64,000 nt of DNA from Bugula neritina. Taxonomy: Eukaryota; Animalia; Bryozoa. Every line of letters starts with the position of its first letter. The stretch's first letter is position 1. The position numbers and the translations under genes are program-made. The DNA is taken from positions 186,001 to 250,000 of the forward strand of contig CAXIUT010000183.1 in the NCBI GenBank assembly GCA_964035545.1, given 5' to 3'. Shown here in pieces: positions 1 to 17,334 of the stretch. The notes below the pieces were generated by a model, which was not told the origin of the DNA, ran no database searches, and was given only the letters and a program-made list of their open reading frames with translations.

Positions 1-3000
1 CACATTGAAAAATACTGCAACATACTGAAATGTACTGCAACATACTGAAATACACTGCTAGATACTGAAATGTACTGCAACATACTGCAACATTCTGAAA
101 TACACTGTAACATACTGAAATACACTGCAACAAACCACAACATATTGAAATACACTGCAACACATTGAAATAGACTGCAACCTACCTAAATATACGGTAA
201 TATACCGAAAAAAAAACTGTAACAGATTGAAAAATTCTGCAACATACTGAAATAAACTTCAACACACTGAAATACACCGCAAAATACTACAACATACTGA
301 AATACACTGTAACATATTGAAATACACTGCAACACTTTGAAATATACTGCAACATACCGAAATATATGGTAAACTACTAAAATATACTGTAACACTTTGA
401 AAAATAGTGCAACATACTGAAATATACTGCGACACTTTGCAATGTACTGTAACATACTGAAATATGCTGTAGCACACTGAAATACACTGCAACTCACTGA
501 AATATACTGCAACATATTGAAATACACTGCAACATCCTACAACATGCTAAAATACACTGTAACATATTGAAATACACTACAACACATTGAAATATACTGC
601 AACATACCGGAATATATGGTAAACTACTGAAATATACTGTAACACACTGAAAAATACTGCAACATACTGAAATATACTGCGACACATTGCAATATACTGC
701 AACATACCAAAATATATGGTAAACTACTGAAATATACTTTAACACATTGAAAAATACTGCAACATACTGAAATATACTGTAACACACTGAAATATACTGC
801 AACAAACTGAAATACACTGTAACATACTGAAATAAACTGCAACATACCAAAATATATGGTAAACTACTGAAATATACTTTAACACATTGAAAAATACTGC
901 AACATACTAAAATATACTGTAACACACTGCAAGATACTGCAACATACCGAAATACACTGTAACATACTGAAACACACTGCAACATACTGCATTATACCGA
1001 CATACACTGGAACATATTGAAATACACTGCAACATCCTACAACATGCTGAAATACACTGTAACATATTGAAATACACTGCAACACAATGAAATATACTGC
1101 AACATACCAAAATATATGGTAAACTACTGAAATATACTTTAACACATTGAAAAATACTGCAATATACTGAAATATACTGTAACACACTGAAATATACTTC
1201 AACATACTGAAATACACTGTAACATACTGAAATAAACTGCAACATACTGAAATACACTGCAACATCCTACAACATACTGAATTACACTGTAACATATTGA
1301 AATACACTGCAACACATTGAAAAATACTGCAACATACCGAAATATATGGTAAACTATTGAATTATACTGTAACACATTGAAAAATACTGAAACACACTGA
1401 AATTTACTCTGACACAATGCAATATACTGTAACATACTGAAATATGCTGTAGCACACTGAAATACACTGCAACTCACTGAAATATACTGCAACATACTGA
1501 AAAACACTGTAACATATTGAAACATACTGCAACATACTACAACATATTGAAATACACTGCAACACATTGAAATATACTGCAACATACCTAAATATCCGGT
1601 AATATACTGAAATATACTGTAACACATTGAAAAATATTGCAACATACTGAAATACACTGCAACCCACTGAAATACATCGCAAAAGACTACAACATACTGA
1701 AATATACTGTAACACACTGAAATATACTGCAACATACTGAAATACACTGAAACATACTGAAATAAACTGCAATATACCAAAATATATGGTAAACTACTGA
1801 AATATACTGTAACACACTGAAAAATACTGCAACATACTGAAATATACTGCGACACATTGCAATATACTGCAACATATCAAAATATATGGTAAACTACTGA
1901 AATACACTTTAACACATTGAAAATTACTGCAACATACTGAAATATACTGTAACACACTGAAATATCCTGCAACAAACTGAAATACACTGTAACATATTGA
2001 AATAAACTGCAACATACCAAAATATATGGTAAACTACTGAAATATACTTTAACACATTGAAAAATACTGCAACATACTAAAATATACCGTAACACACTGC
2101 AAGATACTGCAACATAACGAAATACACTGTAACATACTGAAACACACTGCAACATACTGCATTATACTGACTAACACTGGAACATATTGAAATACACTGC
2201 AACATCCTACAACATGCTGAAATACACTGTAACATATTGAAATACACTGCAACACAATGAAATACACTGCAACATACTGAAATACACTGCAACAAACTAC
2301 AACATATTGAAATACACTGCAACACATTGAAATATACTGCAACATACTTAAATATACGGTAATATACCGAAAAAAAAATTGTAACAGATTGAAAAATTCT
2401 GCAACATACTGAAATAAACTGCAACACACTGAAATACAGCGCAAAATACTACAACATACTGAAATACACTGTAACATATTGAAATACACTGCAACACTTT
2501 GAAATATACTGCAACATACCGAAATATATGGTAAACTACTAAAATATACTGTAACACTTTGAGAAATAGTGCAACACACTGAAATATACTCTGACACATT
2601 GCAATATACTGTAACATACTGAAATATGCTGTAGCACACTGAAATACATTGCAACTCACTGAAATATACTGCAACATACTGAAATACACTGTAACATATT
2701 GAAAAATACTGCAACATACTGCAACATACTGAAATACACTGTAACATACTGAAATACATTGCAACAAACTACAACATATTGAAATCCACTGCAACACATT
2801 GAAAGACACTGCAACACAATGAAATATACTGCAACATACCAAAATATATGGTAAACTGCTGAAATATACTTTAACACATTGAAAAACACTGCAACATACT
2901 GAAATATACTGTAACACACTGAAATATACTGCAACATACTGAAATACACTGCTAGATACTGAAATGTACTGCAACATACTGCAACATTCTGAAATACACT

Positions 3001-4265
3001 GTAACATACTGAAATACACTGCAACAAACCACAACATATTGAAATACACTGCAACACATTGAAATAGACTGCAACCTACCTAAATATACGGTAATATACC
3101 GAAAAAAAAACTGTAACAGATTGAAAAATTCTGCAACATACTGAAATAAACTGCAACACACTGAAATACACCGCAAAATACTACAACATACTGAAATACA
3201 CTGTAACATATTGAAATACACTGCAACACTTTGAAATATACTGCAACATACCGAAATATATGGTAAACTACTAAAATATATTGTAACACTTTGAAAAATA
3301 GTGCAACATACTGAAATATACTGCGACACTTTGCAATGTACTGTAACATACTGAAATATGCTGTAGCACACTGAAATACACTGCAACTCACTGAAATATA
3401 CTGCAACATATTGAAATACACTGCAACATCCTACAACATGCTAAAATACACTGTAACATATTGAAATACACTACAACACATTGAAATATACTGCAACATA
3501 CCGGAATATATGGTAAACTACTGAAATATACTGTAACACACTGAAAAATACTGCAACATACTGAAATATACTGCGAGACATTGCAATATACTGCAACATA
3601 CCAAAATATATGGTAAACTACTGAAATATACTTTAACACATTGAAAAATACTGCAACATACTGAAATATACTGTAACACACTGAAATATACTGCAACAAA
3701 CTGAAATACACTGTAACATACTGAAATAAACTGCAACATACCAAAATATATGGTAAACTACTGAAATATACTTTAACACATTGAAAAATACTGCAACATA
3801 CTAAAATATACTGTAACACACTGCAAGATACTGCAACATACCGAAATACACTGTAACATACTGAAACACACTGCAACATACTGCATTATACTGACATACA
3901 CTGGAACATATTGAAATACACTGCAACATCCTACAACATGCTGAAATACACTGTAACATATTGAAATACACTGCAACACAATGAAATATACTGCAACATA
4001 CCAAAATATATGGTAAACTACTGAAATATACTTTAACACATTGAAAAATACTGCAATATACTGAAATATACTGTAACACACTGAAATATACTGCAACATA
4101 CTGAAATACACTGTAACATACTGAAATAAACTGCAACATACTGAAATACACTGCAACATCCTACAACATGCTGAAATACACTGTAACATATTGAAATACA
4201 CTGCAACACAATGAAATATACTGCAACATACCAAAATATATGGTAAACTACTGAAATATACTTTA

Positions 4266-5569
4266 ACACATTGAAAAATACTGCAATATACTGAAATATA
4301 CTGTAACACACTGAAATAAACTGCAACACACTGAAATACAGCGCAAAATACTACAACATACTGAAATACACTGTAACATATTGAAATACACTGCAACACT
4401 TTGAAATATACTGCAACATACCGAAATATATGGTAAACTACTAAAATATACTGTAACACTTTGAGAAATAGTGCAACACACTGAAATATACTCTGACACA
4501 TTGCAATATACTGTAACATACTGAAATATGCTGTAGCACACTGAAATACATTGCAACTCACTGAAATATACTGCAACATACTGAAATACACTGTAACATA
4601 TTGAAAAATACTGCAACATACTGCAACATACTGAAATACACTGTAACATACTGAAATACATTGCAAAATACTACAACATACTGAAATACACTGTAACACA
4701 TTGGAATATACTACAACATACCTAAATATCCGGTAATATACTGAAATATACTGTAACACATTGAAAAATACTGCAACATACTGAAATACACTGCGACCCA
4801 CTGAAATACATCGCAAAATACTACAACATACTGAAATGCACTGTAACATATTGAAATACACTGCAACACTTTGAAATATACTGCAACATACCGAAATATA
4901 TGGTAAACTACTAAAATATACTGTAACACTTTGAGAAATAGTGCAACACACTGAAATATACTCTGACACATTGAAAAATACTGCAATATACTGAAATATA
5001 CTGTAACACACTGAAATAAACTGCAACACACTGAAATACAGCGCAAAATACTACAACATACTGAAATACACTGTAACATATTGAAATACACTGCAACACT
5101 TTGAAATATACTGCAACATACCGAAATATATGGTAAACTACTAAAATATACTGTAACACTTTGAGAAATAGTGCAACACACTGAAATATACTCTGACACA
5201 TTGCAATATACTGTAACATACTGAAATATGCTGTAGCACACTGAAATACATTGCAACTCACTGAAATATACTGCAACATACTGAAATACACTGTAACATA
5301 TTGAAAAATACTGCAACATACTGCAACATACTGAAATACACTGTAACATACTGAAATACATTGCAAAATACTACAACATACTGAAATACACTGTAACACA
5401 TTGGAATATACTACAACATACCTAAATATCCGGTAATATACTGAAATATACTGTAACACATTGAAAAATACTGCAACATACTGAAATACACTGCGACCCA
5501 CTGAAATACATCGCAAAATACTACAACATACTGAAATGCACTGTAACATATTGAAATACACTGCAACAC
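4266..5569. repeat. ~600-bp duplication at offset 700 (4266..4869 / 4966..5569)
   Basis: Shared rare variants gcgcaaaata, ttgagaaata, ttggaatata, ctgcgaccca and ctgaaatgca lie at constant offset 700. ORF ends 4329/5029 and 4661/5361. Confidence 0.85.
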
Positions 5570-8500
5570 ATTGAAATATACTGCAACCTACAGAAATAGG
5601 TGGTAAACTACTGAAATATACTGTAACACATTGAAAAATACTGCAACATACTGAAATGTACTGCAACATACTGAAATACACTGCTAGATACTGAAATGTA
5701 CTGCAACATACTGCAACATTCTGAAATACACTGTAACATACTGAAATACACTGCAACAAACCACAACATATTGAAATACACTGCAACACATTGAAATAGA
5801 CTGCAACCTACCTAAATATACGGTAATATACCGAAAAAAAAACTGTAACAGATTGAAAAATTCTGCAACATACTGAAATAAACTTCAACACACTGAAATA
5901 CACCGCAAAATACTACAACATACTGAAATACACTGTAACATATTGAAATACACTGCAACACTTTGAAATATACTGCAACATACCGAAATATATGGTAAAC
6001 TACTAAAATATACTGTAACACTTTGAAAAATAGTGCAACATACTGAAATATACTGCGACACTTTGCAATGTACTGTAACATACTGAAATATGCTGTAGCA
6101 CACTGAAATACACTGCAACTCACTGAAATATACTGCAACATATTGAAATACACTGCAACATCCTACAACATGCTAAAATACACTGTAACATATTGAAATA
6201 CACTACAACACATTGAAATATACTGCAACATACCGGAATATATGGTAAACTACTGAAATATACTGTAACACACTGAAAAATACTGCAACATACTGAAATA
6301 TACTGCGACACATTGCAATATACTGCAACATACCAAAATATATGGTAAACTACTGAAATATACTTTAACACATTGAAAAATACTGCAACATACTGAAATA
6401 TACTGTAACACACTGAAATATACTGCAACAAACTGAAATACACTGTAACATACTGAAATAAACTGCAACATACCAAAATATATGGTAAACTACTGAAATA
6501 TACTTTAACACATTGAAAAATACTGCAACATACTAAAATATACTGTAACACACTGCAAGATACTGCAACATACCGAAATACACTGTAACATACTGAAACA
6601 CACTGCAACATACTGCATTATACCGACATACACTGGAACATATTGAAATACACTGCAACATCCTACAACATGCTGAAATACACTGTAACATATTGAAATA
6701 CACTGCAACACAATGAAATATACTGCAACATACCAAAATATATGGTAAACTACAGAAATATACTTTAACACATTGAAAAATACTGCAATATACTGAAATA
6801 TACTGTAACACACTGAAATATACTTCAACATACTGAAATACACTGTAACATACTGAAATAAACTGCAACATACTGAAATACACTGCAACATCCTACAACA
6901 TACTGAATTACACTGTAACATATTGAAATACACTGCAACGCATTGAAAAATACTGCAACATACCGAAATATATGGTAAACTATTGAATTATACTGTAACA
7001 CATTGAAAAATACTGAAACACACTGAAATTTACTCTGACACAATGCAATATACTGTAACATACTGAAATATGCTGTAGCACACTGAAATACACTGCAACT
7101 CACTGAAATTTACTGCAACATACTGAAAAACACTGTAACATATTGAAACATACTGCAACATACTACAACATATTGAAATACACTGCAACACATTGAAATA
7201 TACTGCAACATACCTAAATATCCGGTAATATACTGAAATATACTGTAACACATTGAAAAATATTGCAACATACTGAAATACACTGCAACCCACTGAAATA
7301 CATCGCAAAAGACTACAACATACTGAAATATACTGTAACACACTGAAATATACTGCAACATACTGAAATACACTGAAACATACTGAAATAAACTGCAATA
7401 TACCAAAATATATGGTAAACTACTGAAATATACTGTAACACACTGAAAAATACTGCAACATACTGAAATATACTGCGACACATTGCAATATACTGCAACA
7501 TACCAAAATATATGGTAAACTACTGAAATATACTTTAACACATTGAAAATTACTGCAACATACTGAAATATACTGTAACACACTGAAATATCCTGCAACA
7601 AACTGAAATACACTGTAACATATTGAAATAAACTGCAACATACCAAAATATATGGTAAACTACTGAAATATACTTTAACACATTGAAAAATACTGCAACA
7701 TACTAAAATATACCGTAACACACTGCAAGATACTGCAACATACCGAAATACACTGTAACATACTGAAACACACTGCAACATACTGCATTATACTGACTAA
7801 CACTGGAACATATTGAAATACACTGCAACATCCTACAACATGCTGAAATACACTGTAACATATTGAAATACACTGCAACACAATGAAATACACTGCAACA
7901 TACCAAAATATATGGTCAACTACTGAAATATACTTTAACACATTGAAAAATACTGCAACATACTGAAATATACTGTAACACACTGAAATATACTGCAACA
8001 TACTGAAATACACTGTAACATACTGAAATAAACTGTAACATACTGAAATACACTGCAACATCCTACAACATACTGAATTACACTGTAACATTGTGAAATA
8101 CACTGCAACACATTGAAAAATACTGCAACATACCGAAATATACGGTAAACTATTGAATTATACTGTAACACATTGAAAAATACTGAAACACACTGAAATA
8201 TACTCTGACACAATGCAATATACTGTAACATACTGAAATATGCTGTAGCACACTGAAATACACTGCAACTCACTGAAATATACTACAACATACTGAAAAA
8301 CACTGTAACATATTGAAACATACTGCAACATACTACAACATATTGAAATACACTGCAACACATTGAAATATACTGCAACATACCTAAATATCCGGTAATA
8401 TACTTAAATATACTGTAACACATTGAGAAATACTACAACATACTGAAATACACTGTAACATATTGAAATACACTGCAACACATTGAAATATACTGCAACC

Positions 8501-11500
8501 TATAGAAATATATGGTAAACTACTGAAATATACTGTAACACATTGAAAAATACTGCAACATACTGAAACATACTGCGACACATTGCAATATACAGTAACA
8601 TACTGAAACATGCTGTAGCACACTGAAATAGACTGCAGCTCACTGAAATATACTGCAACATACTGAAATACACTGCTACATACTGAAATATACTGCAACA
8701 TACTGCAACATACTGAAATACACTGTAACATACTGAAATACACTGCAACAAACTACAACATATTGAAATACACTGCAACACATTGAAATATATTGCAACA
8801 TACCTAAATATACGGTAATATACCGAAAAAAAAACTGTAACAGATTGAAAAATTCTGCAACATACTGAAATAAACTGCAACACACTGAAATACAGCGCAA
8901 AATACTACAACATACTGAAATACACTGTAACATATTGAAATACACTGCAACACTTTGAAATATACTGCAACATACCGAAATATATGGTAAACTACTAAAA
9001 TATACTGTAACACTTTGAGAAATAGTGCAACACACTGAAATATAATCTGACACATTGCAATATACTGTAACATACTGAAATATGCTGTAGCACACTGAAA
9101 TACATTGCAACTCACTGAAATATACTGCAACATACTGAAATACACTGTAACATATTGAAAAATACTGCAACATACTGCAACATACTGAAATACACTGTAA
9201 CATACTGAAATACATTGCAAAATACTACAACATACTGAAATACACTGTAACACATTGGAATATACTACAACATACCTAAATATCCGGTAATATACTGAAA
9301 TATACTGTAAAACATTGAAAAATACTGCAACATACTGAAATACACTGCGACCCACTGAAATACATCGCAAAATACTACAACATACTGAAATGCACTGTAA
9401 CATATTGAAATACACTGCAACACATTGAAATATACTGCAACCTACAGAAATAGGTGGTAAACTACTGAAATATACTGTAACACATTGAAAAATACTGCAA
9501 CATACTGAAATGTACTGCAACATACTGAAATACACTGCTAGATACTGAAATGTACTGCAACATACTGCAACATTCTGAAATACACTGTAACATACTGAAA
9601 TACACTGCAACAAACCACAACATATTGAAATACACTGCAACACATTGAAATAGACTGCAACCTACCTAAATATACGGTAATATACCGAAAAAAAAACTGT
9701 AACAGATTGAAAAATTCTGCAACATACTGAAATAAACTTCAACACACTGAAATACACCGCAAAATACTACAACATACTGAAATACACTGTAACATATTGA
9801 AATACACTGCAACACTTTGAAATATACTGCAACATACCGAAATATATGGTAAACTACTAAAATATACTGTAACACTTTGAAAAATAGTGCAACATACTGA
9901 AATATACTGCGACACTTTGCAATGTACTGTAACATACTGAAATATGCTGTAGCACACTGAAATACACTGCAACTCACTGAAATATACTGCAACATATTGA
10001 AATACACTGCAACATCCTACAACATGCTAAAATACACTGTAACATATTGAAATACACTACAACACATTGAAATATACTGCAACATACCGGAATATATGGT
10101 AAACTACTGAAATATACTGTAACACACTGAAAAATACTGCAACATACTGAAATATACTGCGACACATTGCAATATACTGCAACATACCAAAATATATGGT
10201 AAACTACTGAAATATACTTTAACACATTGAAAAATACTGCAACATACTGAAATATACTGTAACACACTGAAATATACTGCAACAAACTGAAATACACTGT
10301 AACATACTGAAATAAACTGCAACATACCAAAATATATGGTAAACTACTGAAATATACTTTAACACATTGAAAAATACTGCAACATACTAAAATATACTGT
10401 AACACACTGCAAGATACTGCAACATACCGAAATACACTGTAACATACTGAAACACACTGCAACATACTGCATTATACCGACATACACTGGAACATATTGA
10501 AATACACTGCAACATCCTACAACATGCTGAAATACACTGTAACATATTGAAATACACTGCAACACAATGAAATATACTGCAACATACCAAAATATATGGT
10601 AAACTACTGAAATATACTTTAACACATTGAAAAATACTGCAATATACTGAAATATACTGTAACACACTGAAATATACTTCAACATACTGAAATACACTGT
10701 AACATACTGAAATAAACTGCAACATACTGAAATACACTGCAACATCCTACAACATACTGAATTACACTGTAACATATTGAAATAGACTGCAACACATTGA
10801 AAAATACTGCAACATACCGAAATATATGGTAAACTATTGAATTATACTGTAACACATTGAAAAATACTGAAACACACTGAAGTTTACTCTGACACAATGC
10901 AATATACTGTAACATACTGAAATATGCTGTAGCACACTGAAATACACTGCAACTCACTGAAATATACTGCAACATACTGAAAAACACTGTAACATATTGA
11001 AACATACTGCAACATACTACAACATATTGAAATACACTGCAACACATTGAAATATACTGCAACATACCTAAATATCCGGTAATATACTGAAATATACTGT
11101 AACACATTGAAAAATATTGCAACATACTGAAATACACTGCAACCCACTGAAATACATCGCAAAAGACTACAACATACTGAAATATACTGTAACACACTGA
11201 AATATACTGCAACATACTGAAATACACTGAAACATACTGAAATAAACTGCAATATACCAAAATATATGGTAAACTACTGAAATATACTGTAACACACTGA
11301 AAAATACTGCAACATACTGAAATATACTGCGACACATTGCAATATACTGCAACATACCAAAATATATGGTAAACTACTGAAATATACTTTAACACATTGA
11401 AAATTACTGCAACATACTGAAATATACTGTAACACACTGAAATATCCTGCAACAAACTGAAATACACTGTAACATATTGAAATAAACTGCAACATACCAA

Positions 11501-13282
11501 AATATATGGTAAACTACTGAAATATACTTTAACACATTGAAAAATACTGCAACATACTAAAATATACCGTAACACACTGCAAGATACTGCAACATACCGA
11601 AATACACTGTAACATACTGAAACACACTGCAACATACTGCATTATACTGACTAACACTGGAACATATTGAAATACACTGCAACATCCTACAACATGCTGA
11701 AATACACTGTAACATATTGAAATACACTGCAACACAATGAAATACACTGCAACATACCAAAATATATGGTAAACTACTGAAATATACTTTAACACATTGA
11801 AAAATACTGCAACATACTGAAATATACTGTAACACACTGAAATATACTGCAACATACTGAAATACACTGTAACATACTGAAATAAACTGTAACATACTGA
11901 AATACACTGCAACATCCTACAACATACTGAATTACACTGTAACATTGTGAAATACACTGCAACACATTGAAAAATACTGCAACATACCGAAATATACGGT
12001 AAACTATTGAATTATACTGTAACACATTGAAAAATACTGAAACACACTGAAATATACTCTGACACAATGCAATATACTGTAACATACTGAAATATGCTGT
12101 AGCACACTGAAATACACTGCAACTCACTGAAATATACTACAACATACTGAAAAACACTGTAACATATTGAAACATACTGCAACATACTACAACATATTGA
12201 AATACACTGCAACACATTGAAATATACTGCAACATACCTAAATATCCGGTAATATACTGAAATATACTGTAACACATTGAAAAATACTACAACATACTGA
12301 AATACACTGTAACATATTGAAATACACTGCAACATACTGAAACATACTGCGACACATTGCAATATACAGTAACATACTGAAACATGCTGTAGCACACTGA
12401 AATAGACTGCAGCTCACTGAAATATACTGCAACATACTGAAATACACTGCTACATACTGAAATATACTGCAACATACTGCAACATACTGAAATACACTGT
12501 AACATACTGCAATACACAGCAACAAACTACAACATATTGAAATACACTGCAACACATTGAAATATACTGCAACATACCTAAATATACGGTAATATACCGA
12601 AAAAAAAACTGTAACAGATTGAAAAATTCTGCAACATACTGAAATAAACTGCAACACACTGAGATACAGCGCAAAATACTACAACATACTGAAATACACT
12701 GTAACATATTGAAATACACTGCAACACTTTGAAATATACTGCAACATACCGAAATATATGGTAAACTACTAAAATATACTGTAACACTTTGAGAAATAGT
12801 GCAACACACTGAAATATACTCTGACACATTGCAATATACTGTAACATACTGAAATATGCTGTAGCACACTGAAATACATTGCAACTCACTGAAATATACT
12901 GCAACATACTGAAATACACTGTAACATATTGAAAAATACTGCAACATACTGCAACATACTGAAATACACTGTAACATACTGAAATACATTGCAAAATACT
13001 ACAACATACTGAAATACACTGTAACACATTGGAATATACTACAACATACCTAAATATCCGGTAATATACTGAAATATACTGTAACACATTGAAAAATACT
13101 GCAACATACTGAAATACACTGCGACCCACTGAAATACATCGCAAAATACTACAACATACTGAAATACACTGTAACATATTGAAATACACTGCAACACATT
13201 GAAATATACTGCAACCTACAGAAATAGGTGGTAAACTACTGAAATATACTGTAACACATTGAAAAATACTGCAACATACTGA
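5010..13282. repeat. 3854-bp higher-order tandem repeat (~2.15 copies; 80-bp deletion in copy 2), with partial copies at 1..~2275 and ~2934..4165
   Basis: Identical or near-identical ORFs recur at offset 3854 (5812/9666, 6120/9974, 7675/11529, 7935/11789), then at 3774 (8676/12450). The first 60 nt of the window equal 9481..9540. ORF 186 recurs at 3080, 5812 and 9666. Confidence 0.9.
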
Positions 13283-15159
13283 GATATACTGCGACACATT
13301 GCAATATACTGTAACATACTGAAATATGCTCTAGCACACTGAAATACACTGCAACCCACTGAAATATACTGCAACATACGGAAATACACTGCAACACATT
13401 GAAATACACTGCAACATACCAAAATAAATGGTAAACTACTGAAATATACTTTAACACATTGAAAAATACTGCAACATACTGAAATATACTGTAACACACT
13501 GAAATATACTGCAACATACTGAAATACACTGTAACATACTGAAATAAACTGCAACATACTGAAGTACACTGCAACATCCTACAACATACTGAAATACAAT
13601 GTAACATATTGAAACACACTGCAACACATTGAAATATACTGCAATGTACCGAATTATATGGTGGACTACTGAAATATACTGTAACACATTGCAATATACT
13701 GTAACATACTGAAATATGCTGTAGCACACTGAAATACACTGCAACTCACTGAAATATACTGCAACATACTGAAATACACTGCAACACATTGAAATATACT
13801 GCAACCTACAGAAATAGGTGGTAAACTACTGAAATATACTGTAACACATTGAAAAATACTGCAACATACTGAAATATACTGCGACACATTGTAATATACT
13901 GTAACATACTGAAACATACTGTAGCACACTGAAATAGACTGCAGCTCACTGAAATATACTGCATTATACTGAAATTCACTGCAGCAACCTACAACATGCT
14001 GAAATACACTGTAACATATTGAAATACACTGCAACACAATGAAATATACTGCAACATACCGAAATATATGGTAAACTAATGAAATACACTGTAACACATT
14101 GAAAAATACTGCAACATACTGAAATATACTGTAACACACTGAAATATACTGCAACATACTGAAATACACTGTAACATACTGAGATAAACTGCAACATACG
14201 AAAATATATGGTAAACTACTGAAATATAATTTAACACATTGAAAAATCCTGCAACATACTAAAATATACTGTAACACACTGCAAGATACTGCAACATACC
14301 GAAATACACTGTAACATAGTGAAACACACTGCAACATACTGCATTATACTGACATACACTGGAACATATTGAAATACACTGCAACATCCTACAACATGGT
14401 GAAATACACTGTAACATATTGAAAGACACTGCAACAGATTGAAAAATACTGCAACATACAGAAATATATGGTAAACTATTGAATTATACTGTAACACATT
14501 GAAAAATACTGAAACACACTGAAATATACTCTGACACAATGCAAAATACTGTAACATACTGAAATATGCTGTAGCACACTGAAATACACTGCAACTCACT
14601 GAAATATACTGCAACATACTGAAAAACACTGTAACATATTGAGACATACTGCAACATACTGCAACATTCTGAAATACACTGTAACATACTGAAATACATT
14701 GCAAAATACTGCAACATATTGAAATACACTGCAACACATTGAAATATACTGCAACATACCTAAATATCCGGTAATATACTGAAATATACTGTAACACATT
14801 GAAAAATACTGCAACATACTGAAATACACTGCAACGCACTGAAATACATCGCAAAAGACTACAACATACTGAAATACACTGTGACATATTGATATACACT
14901 GCAACACATTGAAATATACTGCAACCTATAGAAATATATGTTAAACTACTGAAATATACTGTAACACATTGAAAAATACTGCAACATACTGAAACATACT
15001 GCGACACATTGCAATATACTGTAACATACTGAAACATGCTGTAGCACACTGAAATAGACTGCAGCTCACTGAAATATACTGCAACATACTGAAATTCACT
15101 GCAGCATCCTACAACATGCTGAAATACACTGTAACATATTGAAATACACTGCAACACAT

Positions 15160-16898
15160 TGAAATATACTGCAACATACTGAAATATACTGTAACACACT
15201 GAAACATACTGCAACATACTGAAATACACTGCTACATACTGAAATATACTGCAACATACTGCCACATACTGAAATACACTGTAACATACTGAAATACACT
15301 GCAACAAACTACAACATATTGAAATACACTGCAACACATTGAAATATATTGCGACATACCTAAATATACGGTAATATAGCGGAAAAAAACTGTAACAGAT
15401 TGACAAATTCTGCAACATACTGAAATATACTGCGACACATTGCAATATACTGTAACATACTGAAATATGCTCTAGCACACTGAAATACACTGCAACCCAC
15501 TGAAATATACTGCAACATACGGAAATACACTGCAACACATTGAAATACACTGCAACATACCAAAATAAATGGTAAACTACTGAAATATACTTTAACACAT
15601 TGAAAAATACTGCAACATACTGAAATATACTGTAACACACTGAAATATACTGCAACATACTGAAATACACTGTAACATACTGAAATAAACTGCAACATAC
15701 TGAAGTACACTGCAACATCCTACAACATACTGAAATACAATGTAACATATTGAAACACACTGCAACACATTGAAATATACTGCAATGTACCGAATTATAT
15801 GGTGGACTACTGAAATATACTGTAACACATTGCAATATACTGTAACATACTGAAATATGCTGTAGCACACTGAAATACACTGCAACTCACTGAAATATAC
15901 TGCAACATACTGAAATACACTGCAACACATTGAAATATACTGCAACATACTGCAACATTCTGAAATACACTGTAACATACTGAAATACATTGCAAAATAC
16001 TGCAACATATTGAAATACACTGCAACACATTGAAATATACTGCAACATACCTAAATATCCGGTAATATACTGAAATACACTGCAACATATTGAAAGACAC
16101 TGCAAGACAATGAAATATACTGCAACATACTGAAATATACTGTAACACACTGAAACATACTGCAACATACTGAAATACACTGCTACATACTGAAATATAC
16201 TGCAACATACTGCCACATACTGAAATACACTGTAACATACTGAAATACACTGCAACAAACTACAACATATTGAAATACACTGCAACACATTGAAATATAC
16301 TGCAACATACCTAAATATACGGTAATATAGCGGAAAAAAACTGTAACAGATTGACAAATTCTGCAACATACTGAAATATACTGCGACACATTGCAATATA
16401 CTGTAACATACTGAAATATGCTCTAGCACACTGAAATACACTGCAACCCACTGAAATATACTGCAACATACGGAAATACACTGCAACACATTGAAATACA
16501 CTGCAACATACCAAAATAAATGGTAAACTACTGAAATATACTTTAACACATTGAAAAATACTGCAACATACTGAAATATACTGTAACACACTGAAATATA
16601 CTGCAACATACTAAAATACACTGTAACATACTGAAATAAACTGCAACATACTGAAGTACACTGCAACATCCTACAACATACTGAAATACAATGTAACATA
16701 TTGAAACACACTGCAACACATTGAAATATACTGCAATGTACCGAATTATATGGTGGACTACTGAAATATACTGTAACACATTGCAATATACTGTAACATA
16801 CTGAAATATGCTGTAGCACACTGAAATACACTGCAACTCACTGAAACATACTGCAACATACTGAAATACACTGCAACACATTGAAATATACTGCAACC
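15160..16898. repeat. ~790-bp duplication at offset 951
   Basis: ORFs 15232..15438 and 16183..16389. Shared variants gccacatac, tagcggaaaaaaac, gctctagc and ggtggact lie at offset 951. Confidence 0.85.
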
Positions 16899-17334
16899 TA
16901 CAGAAATAGGTGGTAAACTACTGAAATATACTGTAACACATTGAAAAATACTGCAACATACTGAAATATACTGCGACACATTGTAATATACTGTAACATA
17001 CTGAAACATACTGTAGCACACTGAAATAGACTGCAGCTCACTGAAATATACTGCATTATACTGAAATTCACTGCAGCATCCTACAACATGCTGAAATACA
17101 CTGTAACATATTGAAATACACTGCAACAAACTACAACATATTGAAATACACTGCAACGCATTGAAAGACACTGCAACACATTGAAATATACTGCAATATA
17201 CCAATATATATGGTAAACTGCTGAAATATACTTTAACACATTGAAAAATACTGCAACATACTGAAAAATACTGTAACACACTGAAATATACTGCAACATA
17301 CTGAAATACACTGCTAGATACTGAAATATACTGC

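Noticed and set aside
195-216. Hairpin CGGTA-ATA-TACCG next to A9 as an intrinsic terminator or retroposon poly-A tail
   Set aside because: The geometry is wrong for a terminator: on the + strand the stem is followed by A rather than U, and on the - strand the T run precedes the stem. The stem is only 5 bp. The A run is derivable from the satellite word gaaaaaca and has no TSD or unique body.
705-721. 17-bp landmark as a CENP-B box
   Set aside because: Only the length coincides. It lacks the TTCG....A..CGGG core.
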